From contig JAYNJY010000001.1 of NCBI GenBank assembly GCA_038110665.1, positions 1 to 39,683 of the forward strand: a DNA stretch of 39,683 nucleotides, in the 5' to 3' direction. The notes below the pieces were generated by a model. That model was not told where the DNA came from, did not search any database, and saw nothing but the letters and a program-made list of their open reading frames with translations. The stretch comes from Rhodospirillaceae bacterium. Lineage in GTDB: Bacteria; Pseudomonadota; Alphaproteobacteria; Rhodospirillales; Casp-alpha2. Every line of letters starts with the position of its first letter. The stretch's first letter is position 1. Positions 23,450-31,627 of the stretch are shown here, in pieces. A program made the translations under genes and the position numbers.

Positions 23450-23457
23450 GATCGGCC

Positions 23458-26079
23458 ATGAAGACCAACATCCTCGAACAGCAGCGCATCGCGTCCATGA
23501 CGACGCAGGAGATTTACCAGCAGGCGCTGCTGAACATGCTGCGCGACAAGCTGCAATTCTACCGGCCGTACCCGAAGCAGTTCGAGTTCCACTCGCTGGG
23601 CCTGACGAGCCGCGAGCGCCTGCTGATGGCGGGCAACCAGGAGGGAAAGGCGGGAAGGTTCGATGAGCCCGTTCTGACGCCGACCGGGTGGGTGGAAATA
23701 GGCAAGATCAAGGTGGGGGACGAAGTCATTGCCGGCGACGGCTCGGTGACGCGCGTGACGGGCGTGTTTCCTCAAGGGGTCAAGGATCTCGTCGAGGTCG
23801 AATTCTGCTACGGCACGAAGATTGTCGTCTGCGCGGACCATCTGTGGAAGGTCTTGAAGCCGGCGAATCGGTTCACGACGACGAGCCTTTCCTTGCCACG
23901 GAAGAAGGGCGAGAAGCGGAGAACAAGGCAGATTCCCAACCCGAAGTTCGGAGAGTGGTCGGTCGAGAGCACGGGGGTGATGCGCGCGGCCTACGGCGAC
24001 GCGCCCGCCCCCAAGTACCGCTATGCCGTGCCGGCCGTGGGGGCGGCTGAACTCGCCCCCCAAAGCGTTCCGATAGACCCTTACGTCCTGGGGCTTCTGC
24101 TTGGCGACGGTGGCCTGACGCACAATGTTTCGTTCACGACCGCAGACCAGGACATCGTGGATGCCATGGTGGCCGAGGCGGCTCGGTTTGGGTGCCGGGT
24201 GGCACCACGGCGGCCAATGCAGTACGCCGTTGTTGGCAACAGCGCCTTTCGGGAGGCGCTTCGTGGCCTGAATGTCGCGGGGAAGGGCGCTGCGGCCAAG
24301 CGCGTGCCGGAGGCATACCTGTGGAATGCGCCGGGAATCCGCCTCGCCATCTTGCAGGGGCTGATGGACACCGATGGGACGTGCGAAAAAAGCGGCGTGA
24401 CCAGTTTCACGTCGATTTCCCTCGGGCTGGCTGAAGATGTCGCGTTCCTGGTGCGCTCGTTCGGCGGCAAATGCTACATCCGAAGCCGCATCACGTCGTA
24501 CACGCACAAGGGTGAAAAGAAACAGGGGAGGCGGTCGTACACGGTCATCATCCGCCTGCCGCATGTGCCAATTTTCAGGCTGCGCAGGAAACTCGCGCGC
24601 TACATCCGGCCGACATCGACGTCCGACCATCACATCATCGTCGGATATCGGGACGCGGCGCCGGCCGAGGCGGTCTGCATCAGCGTCGCCCACCCGGACC
24701 GGACCTACGTCATGCGCGACTTCATCGTCACGCACAATTCGTTCTCCGGCGCCATGGAGATGGCCATCCACCTGACGGGCCGCTATCCGCCGTGGTGGCA
24801 GGGCCGGCGCTACCTGCGCCCGATCCTGGCCTGGACCGGCTCCGAATCGAACGAGACGTCGCGCGAACTGATCCAGTCGGCGCTGCTTGGCACGGAGACG
24901 CTCGACCGGATGCACCCCGACTTCGGCACCGGGGCGATCCCAGGCGAGTGCATCGTCGGCGTGACCTCGCGCTATGCCGGCGTCAAGGACGTGGCCGACC
25001 AGATCGTGGTGCGCCACGTCAGCGGCGGCTTCAGCCGCGTCATGCTGAAGGTCTACGAGCAGGGGTGGCAGAAGTTCCAGGGCAAGAAGGTCGACCTGGT
25101 GTGGCTCGACGAGGAGCCGCCGCAGTTCCAGATTTACTCGGAATGCCTGACCCGCACGCAGGCCGCCGAGCACGGGATGCTGTACCTGACCTTCACGCCG
25201 CTGCGCGGCACCACCGACGTCGTCAACCAGTTCCTGGAGAGCGACGGCGAGACGCGGGAGAACAACCAGAGCCGCGCCGTCGTCAACATGACGATCTACG
25301 ACTGCATCGGCGGTGTGTGGCCGGAAGGGACGCCGTTCGCCGGCCAGTCCTGGAAGGGCCACTACACGAAGGAGAAGGCCGAGGCCATCGTCGCGCAGTA
25401 CCCGAAGCACGAGCGCCGCACCCGCGCGCTGGGCGTGCCGATGATGGGCGAGGGCATGGTGTGGCCATTCGACCAGGAGGATTTCGTCGTCCCGGCGTTC
25501 AAGATTCCCAAGCACTTCCCGCAGATCGCCGGCTGCGACTTCGGCATCGACCACCCGTTCGGCTTCTGCACGCTGGCCTGGGATCGCGACAGCGACACCG
25601 TCTACCTGACCGGAAGCTGGCGCATCAACGGCCAGACGCCGGGCGGGCACTGCGACCTGATGCGCCGGATTTGCGACGACTGGATGCCCATCGCGTGGCC
25701 CCACGACGGCGACAACAAGGAGCGCGGCACCGGCGCCAAGCTGATCGCCAGCTACCGCGCGCGGCTGCACAATTTCCTGCCGTACAGCGCCCGCTACGAG
25801 AAGGACAAGGGCGGGCCGCAGCCGGTCGAGCCCATCGTGCTGAACGTCAGCGAGCGCATCCAGCAGGGCACGTTCAAGGTGTTCGAGCACTGCTCGGACT
25901 GGCTGGAGGAACAGCGGATGTTCCACCGCAAGGACGGCCGCATCGTTCCGAAAAAGGATGACGCGATCAAGGCGAGCCTGTATGCCTTGATGGAGTTGCG
26001 GCACGCCCGGACCAAGCCGGAGCCGCAGCCGATACGCCGTTCGAGGCCGATCCTGACGCAGTGGGGAGCGCCCGCCTGA
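23458..26079 (+). CDS. terL: terminase large subunit, intein-containing precursor (873 aa; 510 aa after splicing)
   Basis: Split Walker A GNQEGK/S, WLDEEPP Walker B-like motif, and a C-terminal nuclease-type region. Followed by portal, scaffold and capsid genes. Confidence 0.9.
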   Translation: MKTNILEQQRIASMTTQEIYQQALLNMLRDKLQFYRPYPKQFEFHSLGLTSRERLLMAGNQEGKAGRFDEPVLTPTGWVEIGKIKVGDEVIAGDGSVTRVTGVFPQGVKDLVEVEFCYGTKIVVCADHLWKVLKPANRFTTTSLSLPRKKGEKRRTRQIPNPKFGEWSVESTGVMRAAYGDAPAPKYRYAVPAVGAAELAPQSVPIDPYVLGLLLGDGGLTHNVSFTTADQDIVDAMVAEAARFGCRVAPRRPMQYAVVGNSAFREALRGLNVAGKGAAAKRVPEAYLWNAPGIRLAILQGLMDTDGTCEKSGVTSFTSISLGLAEDVAFLVRSFGGKCYIRSRITSYTHKGEKKQGRRSYTVIIRLPHVPIFRLRRKLARYIRPTSTSDHHIIVGYRDAAPAEAVCISVAHPDRTYVMRDFIVTHNSFSGAMEMAIHLTGRYPPWWQGRRYLRPILAWTGSESNETSRELIQSALLGTETLDRMHPDFGTGAIPGECIVGVTSRYAGVKDVADQIVVRHVSGGFSRVMLKVYEQGWQKFQGKKVDLVWLDEEPPQFQIYSECLTRTQAAEHGMLYLTFTPLRGTTDVVNQFLESDGETRENNQSRAVVNMTIYDCIGGVWPEGTPFAGQSWKGHYTKEKAEAIVAQYPKHERRTRALGVPMMGEGMVWPFDQEDFVVPAFKIPKHFPQIAGCDFGIDHPFGFCTLAWDRDSDTVYLTGSWRINGQTPGGHCDLMRRICDDWMPIAWPHDGDNKERGTGAKLIASYRARLHNFLPYSARYEKDKGGPQPVEPIVLNVSERIQQGTFKVFEHCSDWLEEQRMFHRKDGRIVPKKDDAIKASLYALMELRHARTKPEPQPIRRSRPILTQWGAPA
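23650..24738 (+). mobile_element. 363-aa intein (class 3 signature) with LAGLIDADG homing endonuclease domain
   Basis: Begins with Ala (AGRFDEPVLTPTGW...). Block B is GTKIVVCADHLW. LAGLIDADG motifs are LGLLLGDGGL and LQGLMDTDGT. Blocks F/G are AVCISVAHPDRTYVMRDFIVTHN, followed by Ser+1. Excision restores GNQEGKS. Confidence 0.8.
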
Positions 26080-26375
26080 TGGACGCATCGAAGTTCGAGA
26101 CCATCTGCCGCAAGAACGGTTTCAACCCGCTGACGCCGATCAACACCAGGCACGGCCGCGTCCTGGTCGCCGAGCGGTATTTCAACCATCATCCCGAGTT
26201 CGAGTGGCCGCACTGGCAGACGCTGTGGACGTTCGACCGTAACGGCCTCGACGTGGCGCAGAAGCTCTACTTCAAGTTCGGCGCCGCCTCGCAGGCCCGC
26301 CGGCGCGACGCCGCGGCAAAGGCCGCCGCCGCATGGGTGAAGGACAACCAGACCGTTGGCCGATACAAAAACTAA
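26079..26375 (+). CDS. hypothetical protein (98 aa)
   Basis: TGATG overlap with the TerL stop. Very high GC3. Confidence 0.65.
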   Translation: MDASKFETICRKNGFNPLTPINTRHGRVLVAERYFNHHPEFEWPHWQTLWTFDRNGLDVAQKLYFKFGAASQARRRDAAAKAAAAWVKDNQTVGRYKN

Positions 26376-28263
26376 CGGCGTCCCCGAGACGCGGACCAGC
26401 CTGGAGTTCAGCGACAGCGAGAAGCGCGCCATCGCCGAGTTCGTGCTGGAGCAGTATGAGCGCCGCAAGGACGCCCGCAAGGACGAGGAGATGCGCTGGA
26501 CGGAGATCGACCGTCAGCTTCGCATGGACCCGGAGCCGCGCATGGACGCGCGCACGGGCAAGCCCGTCGAGGGTTCGGGTTGGATGCCGCAGCTTGAAAT
26601 GCACACCCAGGCGCAGGCCCACGAGGCGCTGACCGCCGACGCCCGCCGGCTGATTTTCCCGAAGGACAAGTCGTGGTTCACCGCGCACGCGCTGATGACC
26701 GACGACTGGCTGGAAGCATCGAAGGACTTCACCTTCATCCCCGGCATGAAGAACGACATGCCATCGAGCGGCGTCGACCAGGAGGCCGCCGACGTCATCG
26801 TCGAATCGGCGATCAACCACTGGCACGGCATGTATAGCTTCCGCGCCCATATCGACCAGATTTTCGGGCAGGCGTTCAGCTATGGGATGGGCGTCGCTCG
26901 CGTCCGCATGATGCGGGTGTCAAAGTCGACGACCGACTATCGCGGCGGCGGCGTGGCGGACGGCCGGCTGATCCCGGCCGTGATCCCGCGCAGCATCCGC
27001 GACACCTACCTGGACAGCACGCCATCGGCCGTCATGCGCGAGGGCTTCATGGTGGCGCCGGTCAATATCGAGTGCTGCCGGATGCGCCTTGCCGACCTGA
27101 AGATGGCTGCGGCGCAGGGCTCGACCGACACTGGTAGCGAGCGCGGCGGCTGGCAGCGCGAACTTCTGTTCGCCATCGAGGACGACCCGCTGAAGCCCGA
27201 CATCGAAGTGCTCGACTTCGAGGGCGATATGATGATTCCGGTGTCGGGGTCTGGCAGCATCTATGCGCCGAACATGGTCGGCCGCGTCGCGTTCGGCCGG
27301 GCCGGTGGGCCGCATCTGATCCGCCTCGCCAAGCGCGACTTCCCGTTCAACAGCTACCTGCTGTTCCCGTACCATCGCGTGTTCATGGACAACGCCTACG
27401 CGACCAGCCCTATCATCATGGGTTCGCCGCTGCACAAGGCGCTGACGGAATCGGTCAACCGGCTTATGCAGGCCGCCGCGCTGAACGTCCAGCCGCCGGT
27501 GCAGTACGACCCCAACGATCAGTGGCTGATGGCTACGGGCGGGCCGGACCTGTCGCCGAACGCCGCCTGGCCATCGCAGTCCGACATCAAGGTTCATGAG
27601 GTCGGCAACCTGGCCGAAATGCTCCAGGTGTTCGCCATCCTCGGCGGCGGCCATGAGGACGTGACCGGCGTCAACAAGCCTCGCCTGGGCGCGCAGACGA
27701 AGTCGCACCAGACCGCGTTCGCCGTCGACAGCGAGATCGGCCGTGGCCTCGTGCGCACGGTGGATTTCGTCGCCGACCAGATGGACAACCCGTTCCAGAA
27801 CATGCTGTGCATGGAATACGAGATGTGCCGCAAGGCGTTCACCGAGCGCCCGGAGCCGGTATTCTCGCACCGCTGGCGCATGTGGATGAACATCGCCCGC
27901 GAGGTGCTGCCGGAGCGCGCCATCTTCGAGACGCACGGCTCGGCCGGGCCGCTGGAGGATCGCGAGCGGGCGCAGAAGCAGATGCAGGCGTTGCAGGCGC
28001 TCCTGCAACTGGAGCCGGTCGTCGTGCAGATGGGCCAGCAGCCGCTGAACTACGAGGCGATTCGCCGTTTCATCCTGTCCGAAGGGGGCTTCCCGGATGT
28101 CGACCAGTTCCTCCCCGCCCAACCTGCTCGACCAGCTATCCCCGCAGGACCGGGCGACGCTGGACCGGCTGGCGGCGGACCCGTCGGTGCGGGCGCTCCT
28201 GCTGCACCTGCGCCAGATTCAGCCGACCGGATTATCGCCATGGCGACCGGCGGCCAGGGGTGA
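26356..28263 (+). CDS. portal protein candidate (635 aa; TTG start; C-terminal end uncertain)
   Basis: Size and position directly after TerL and before scaffold and capsid. The last ~50 codons are P/A/G-rich with weak GC3 and overlap a better-coding ORF. Confidence 0.65.
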   Translation: MADTKTNGVPETRTSLEFSDSEKRAIAEFVLEQYERRKDARKDEEMRWTEIDRQLRMDPEPRMDARTGKPVEGSGWMPQLEMHTQAQAHEALTADARRLIFPKDKSWFTAHALMTDDWLEASKDFTFIPGMKNDMPSSGVDQEAADVIVESAINHWHGMYSFRAHIDQIFGQAFSYGMGVARVRMMRVSKSTTDYRGGGVADGRLIPAVIPRSIRDTYLDSTPSAVMREGFMVAPVNIECCRMRLADLKMAAAQGSTDTGSERGGWQRELLFAIEDDPLKPDIEVLDFEGDMMIPVSGSGSIYAPNMVGRVAFGRAGGPHLIRLAKRDFPFNSYLLFPYHRVFMDNAYATSPIIMGSPLHKALTESVNRLMQAAALNVQPPVQYDPNDQWLMATGGPDLSPNAAWPSQSDIKVHEVGNLAEMLQVFAILGGGHEDVTGVNKPRLGAQTKSHQTAFAVDSEIGRGLVRTVDFVADQMDNPFQNMLCMEYEMCRKAFTERPEPVFSHRWRMWMNIAREVLPERAIFETHGSAGPLEDRERAQKQMQALQALLQLEPVVVQMGQQPLNYEAIRRFILSEGGFPDVDQFLPAQPARPAIPAGPGDAGPAGGGPVGAGAPAAPAPDSADRIIAMATGGQG

Positions 28264-28408
28264 CAAGGCAAATACGGTTGCAATGAGCACAGAGGAATGG
28301 CTACATAAGGCCATCTTTGCGTCGGGAGCAATGGACGGTCGCGGTTTCGTGATCTCCCTGCTCCTCGGCGAGATAGGCAGACAGGGACAGCCGAAGGAAC
28401 CGACTTGA
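28097..28408 (+). CDS. hypothetical protein (103 aa) overlapping the portal 3-prime end
   Basis: ATG 9 nt after GAAGGGGG. In the first 44 codons about 41 end in G/C, against 29 of 51 in the portal frame over the same stretch. TGATG coupling to the scaffold gene. Confidence 0.55.
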   Translation: MSTSSSPPNLLDQLSPQDRATLDRLAADPSVRALLLHLRQIQPTGLSPWRPAARGDKANTVAMSTEEWLHKAIFASGAMDGRGFVISLLLGEIGRQGQPKEPT

Positions 28409-29094
28409 TGGCAGAGCCGAACGAAGCCGCCGCCCAGGAAGCCACCCAGCAGGACGCCGCCGCAACGGCAGCCGCCGAGACGGCCAAGGGCACTACCACG
28501 GGCGGCGCCGACGACCTCGAAGGCATCCTTTCCACCATTCGCGAGTACCGGGAGGAGACCGCCTCTCCCGGCCCGACCACCCAGCAGCGCGAACCCGGAG
28601 ACACCGGCCAGCGTTCGCAGCGGACGGGCGAAACCGGCGGGTCCGAAGACCACGGCACGAAGACGACGCAGGATCGCCTCGATCCGAACCGCGTCGAGGC
28701 CATCGAGCGGCGCATCATCCGCGACGATGTCAACCGTGCCATCGAGACCATGCGTTCGGCCCAGCCGGCGTTGAAGACCTTCGACGGAGACACCCTGGAG
28801 GCGTACCTGAACGCCCAGGCCACCCGCGATCCCCGGATCAGGGCGGCATGGCTGCGCAGGGATGCCGATCCAGGCACGTTCCAGAAGGTCGTCACCGGCC
28901 TGGCCCGGCGTATGGCTTCCGGTCTTCCGGCCCCCGTGGACGCCTCGGCCGCCGGCGAGCGTGGTGCGGCGGTCGCGGCGGCGCGCGGCGCCACGCAACA
29001 GCAGTCGGCCGCCGACCTGGAGGACGCGAAAGTCCTTGCCATGTCGGATCGCGAGTTCGACCAGCTTTGGAACAAGCTGAGTCGACGCGCCTAG
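28408..29094 (+). CDS. scaffolding protein candidate (228 aa)
   Basis: Lies between the portal and capsid genes. Acidic, low-complexity N-terminus and helical C-terminal half. Confidence 0.6.
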   Translation: MAEPNEAAAQEATQQDAAATAAAETAKGTTTGGADDLEGILSTIREYREETASPGPTTQQREPGDTGQRSQRTGETGGSEDHGTKTTQDRLDPNRVEAIERRIIRDDVNRAIETMRSAQPALKTFDGDTLEAYLNAQATRDPRIRAAWLRRDADPGTFQKVVTGLARRMASGLPAPVDASAAGERGAAVAAARGATQQQSAADLEDAKVLAMSDREFDQLWNKLSRRA

Positions 29095-29116
29095 GCCGCG
29101 TCCAGAGGACTGAACG

Positions 29117-30193
29117 ATGACCCTTACAACCGTCACTGAACTCTCCGCCCCGGTAAACGTCGTCTTCCAGAAGAAGTTTCTGAAGGACGCGCGGCAGCGG
29201 TGCCCGTATTTCATCGGATCGCGCCCCGGCGACGTTCTTCAGTCGCACAACGGCAGCTTCAGCGTCCGGTGGCGTCGCTACGACAACATGACGCCGACCA
29301 CCACCGCCCTGACGGCCCTGACCGGCTCGGAAACCTACCCGACCCGCACGGCCTCCCAGGCGTCGAAGACCGACATCGACGCGACCGTCAGCAAGTACGG
29401 CGATCACATCATTCTCAACGAGGAAGCCGACCTCATCAACTTCAACGGCCAGACCGCTGAATTGGTCGAGGTCATGGCGGTGCAGGCCGGCCGGTCGCTA
29501 AACCGGCTCCAGCGCAACACGCTGGAGGACAACGTCACGCTGGTCTACGCCGACGGCGCCACGACTGACGGCGGCGTTTCCTCGCCGATCAGCCTGACCC
29601 TGATCCGCTCGGCCGTGAACGCCCTGGCCCGCCAGTCGGCCATGAAGTTCATGCCGGCCACCGGCGGTTCGAGCCTCGAAGGCACCAGCCCCATGCGGGA
29701 ATCGTACTGGGGCCTCTGCCACGTCGACGTCGAGGAGGATATCCGCGACATCGCCGGCTTCATCCCGGTCGAACGGTACATGACGCAGACCCGCGTGGAA
29801 TCCGGCGAGTTCGGGGCGGTCGGCGGCGTGCGCTGGATCAGCACTGAGGAAGCCTCCGCCGACGCCGACCTCGGCGACACGGCCGGCAACACGGTGCGCA
29901 GCACGACCGGCGTCAGCGCCGACCTCTACACCAGCATCATCCTGGGCATGAACGCCCACGGCGCCCTGAGCCTGGACGCCGATCTGGTGCGGCGCATCTA
30001 CAAGGCCGGCGACCCGATCCCTGGGATCATCATGATCCAGAAGGGCAAGGGCTCGGCCGGCACCGCCGATCCGCTGAACGAGTTGGCGACCATCGGCTGG
30101 AAGTCCTGGCACGCGGGCGCCCTGATCGGCCCGAGCACCAGCAATTCCGGCTGGGCGCGTGGGCTGCGGACGGCGGCTCGCAAGCTGACCTGA
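29117..30193 (+). CDS. major capsid protein (358 aa, HK97-fold type; resembles the N4-gp56-type family from memory)
   Basis: Position after the scaffold gene, typical size, very high GC3, and a strong terminator immediately downstream. Confidence 0.8.
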   Translation: MTLTTVTELSAPVNVVFQKKFLKDARQRCPYFIGSRPGDVLQSHNGSFSVRWRRYDNMTPTTTALTALTGSETYPTRTASQASKTDIDATVSKYGDHIILNEEADLINFNGQTAELVEVMAVQAGRSLNRLQRNTLEDNVTLVYADGATTDGGVSSPISLTLIRSAVNALARQSAMKFMPATGGSSLEGTSPMRESYWGLCHVDVEEDIRDIAGFIPVERYMTQTRVESGEFGAVGGVRWISTEEASADADLGDTAGNTVRSTTGVSADLYTSIILGMNAHGALSLDADLVRRIYKAGDPIPGIIMIQKGKGSAGTADPLNELATIGWKSWHAGALIGPSTSNSGWARGLRTAARKLT

Positions 30194-30219
30194 TGACCGT
30201 CACATACGGCCACTGAGCG

Positions 30220-30249
30220 GGGCGGCGGGTTTCGGCCCGCCGCCCTTTT
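30220..30249 (+). terminator. rho-independent terminator after the capsid gene
   Basis: GGGCGGCGGG (30220..30229), loop TTTCGG, CCCGCCGCCC (30236..30245), then TTTT. Confidence 0.75.
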
Positions 30250-30270
30250 CGTAACGATAGAGAGGTCCTG

Positions 30271-30984
30271 ATGCCCATTCCCCACGAAGGCCCGCAGACG
30301 GCGGCATTCCTTCGCGCCCTGTTCAGCGAGGACGACAGCCAGCGGCCGGAGTTCGATGTCGGCCCGGCGGCGCTGCGCCGTTCGGAACTCATCAAGATGG
30401 CCGAGATGATCGGCGAGACGCTGGATTCCAACCTGGGCGCCAAGCAGATGGTGCCGTTCATCAACCAGTGGCTGCTCGCCGGCCGCTACGATCATCTGGC
30501 GAACGGGATTCACGACCCCGCCAGCGCCGCAGCGAACAGCACGCGCGAGACGGCGGACCTGAAACGCGAGTTGAACAAGGCCGGCCAGGAGATCGCGGCC
30601 ATGCGCCAGATGTTCTCCGAGTTCGTCAACTCGGCGGACCAGGATGAGGCGCTGGCCAAGATGCGCGCCTACGTCAATGGCGACGACCCGGCGGCGCAGG
30701 CGGAGATGGAGGAGGACGATATCCTCTCGGGCCGCGCTGGCGGCAATCTAAACGCCATGTCGTGGGAGGATGTCGAGGCCATGAGCTTCGCCGACCTGCG
30801 CGCCTACGCCCGCGACAACTGCAAACTGCCGACGCACAAGAAGAACTACGAGACCCTGCTGGCCGACGTGCGCAAGTTCCTGATGATCGACCCTGTTGCG
30901 CTGATGGCCGACGAAGACGATGATGGCGCCGACGTGAACGAGGCGGAGTCCGAGGATGTCGCGCACGCTGCTACAGGAAGTTAA
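30271..30984 (+). CDS. acidic structural-module protein (237 aa)
   Basis: Complete ORF. Two short helix-extension-helix-like segments (LRRSELIKMAEMIGETL; FADLRAYARDNCKLPTHKKNYETLLADV) and an Asp/Glu-rich tail. Confidence 0.6.
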   Translation: MPIPHEGPQTAAFLRALFSEDDSQRPEFDVGPAALRRSELIKMAEMIGETLDSNLGAKQMVPFINQWLLAGRYDHLANGIHDPASAAANSTRETADLKRELNKAGQEIAAMRQMFSEFVNSADQDEALAKMRAYVNGDDPAAQAEMEEDDILSGRAGGNLNAMSWEDVEAMSFADLRAYARDNCKLPTHKKNYETLLADVRKFLMIDPVALMADEDDDGADVNEAESEDVAHAATGS

Positions 30985-31627
30985 TGCCGTTCTGAAGAAG
31001 GCGTCGGTCATCCAGGGCTCGACGGGTGAACTGTCGAGCCTGACCGACTCGGCCCTCCAGGTCGACATCGACCTCGTCGTCAAGGCGTGGAACCGCGTCC
31101 TGCTGGACTTGTTCCGTGCCGGCGTCAAGATCAACACCCTGAGCACGGGAACGCTGACGCTGGTCACGGACACGCGCGAGTATGCCGTGCCGTCCGACTA
31201 CGTCGAGATCGCCGACCCGGTGTTCCTGGACAACACACTGGGCAACCGGCTGACCCCCTTCCCCGGCGGCTATACGGCGCTGCGCCAGCACCTGCTGATT
31301 CCCGGCAACTACACCGGCCTGCCGAACACCTGGGTAATCAACCCGACGAACAACAACATCATGCTCGACAACCTGCCCACCTCCGGGGAGAACGGCCGTG
31401 CGTATTCGTACATCTATCGGGCTACAGGCCTGCTGTCGGCGGCTGCTGATACGTTTGTGCTGCGCGACGATGCCGTGGAAGCAATGGAGGATGCGGTAGA
31501 GCAGATGTACGCCCGCCACAAGAAGGGTCAGTTCGACCAGGGGGCGTACCAGTTGAGCATCGCGGCGGCGGCGCAGGTTGCCCGGCAGACGCCAGCGCCC
31601 GGCCGCTATGGCGTGGTGCGCTACTGA
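30956..31627 (+). CDS. head-tail adaptor / tail tubular A-like candidate (223 aa)
   Basis: Position and size match podovirus structural modules. 29-nt overlap upstream and TGATG coupling downstream. Confidence 0.45.
   Translation: MSRTLLQEVNAVLKKASVIQGSTGELSSLTDSALQVDIDLVVKAWNRVLLDLFRAGVKINTLSTGTLTLVTDTREYAVPSDYVEIADPVFLDNTLGNRLTPFPGGYTALRQHLLIPGNYTGLPNTWVINPTNNNIMLDNLPTSGENGRAYSYIYRATGLLSAAADTFVLRDDAVEAMEDAVEQMYARHKKGQFDQGAYQLSIAAAAQVARQTPAPGRYGVVRY

Noticed and set aside
23146-26088. 980-aa ORF on the minus strand
   Set aside because: It is antisense to TerL, and its sequence is R/A/G/P-rich with no motifs. Long open antisense frames are expected in DNA this GC-rich. The same applies to 12414..14042(-), 33179..34558(-), 36598..37917(-), 28050..29075(-), 26920..28122(-), 18832..19833(-) and 34726..35769(-).
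28283-28408. Short 41-aa version (MSTEEWLHKAIF...) of the ORF between portal and scaffold
   Set aside because: The same frame is open from ATG 28097 with a better SD and very high GC3, so the longer 103-aa ORF is preferred.
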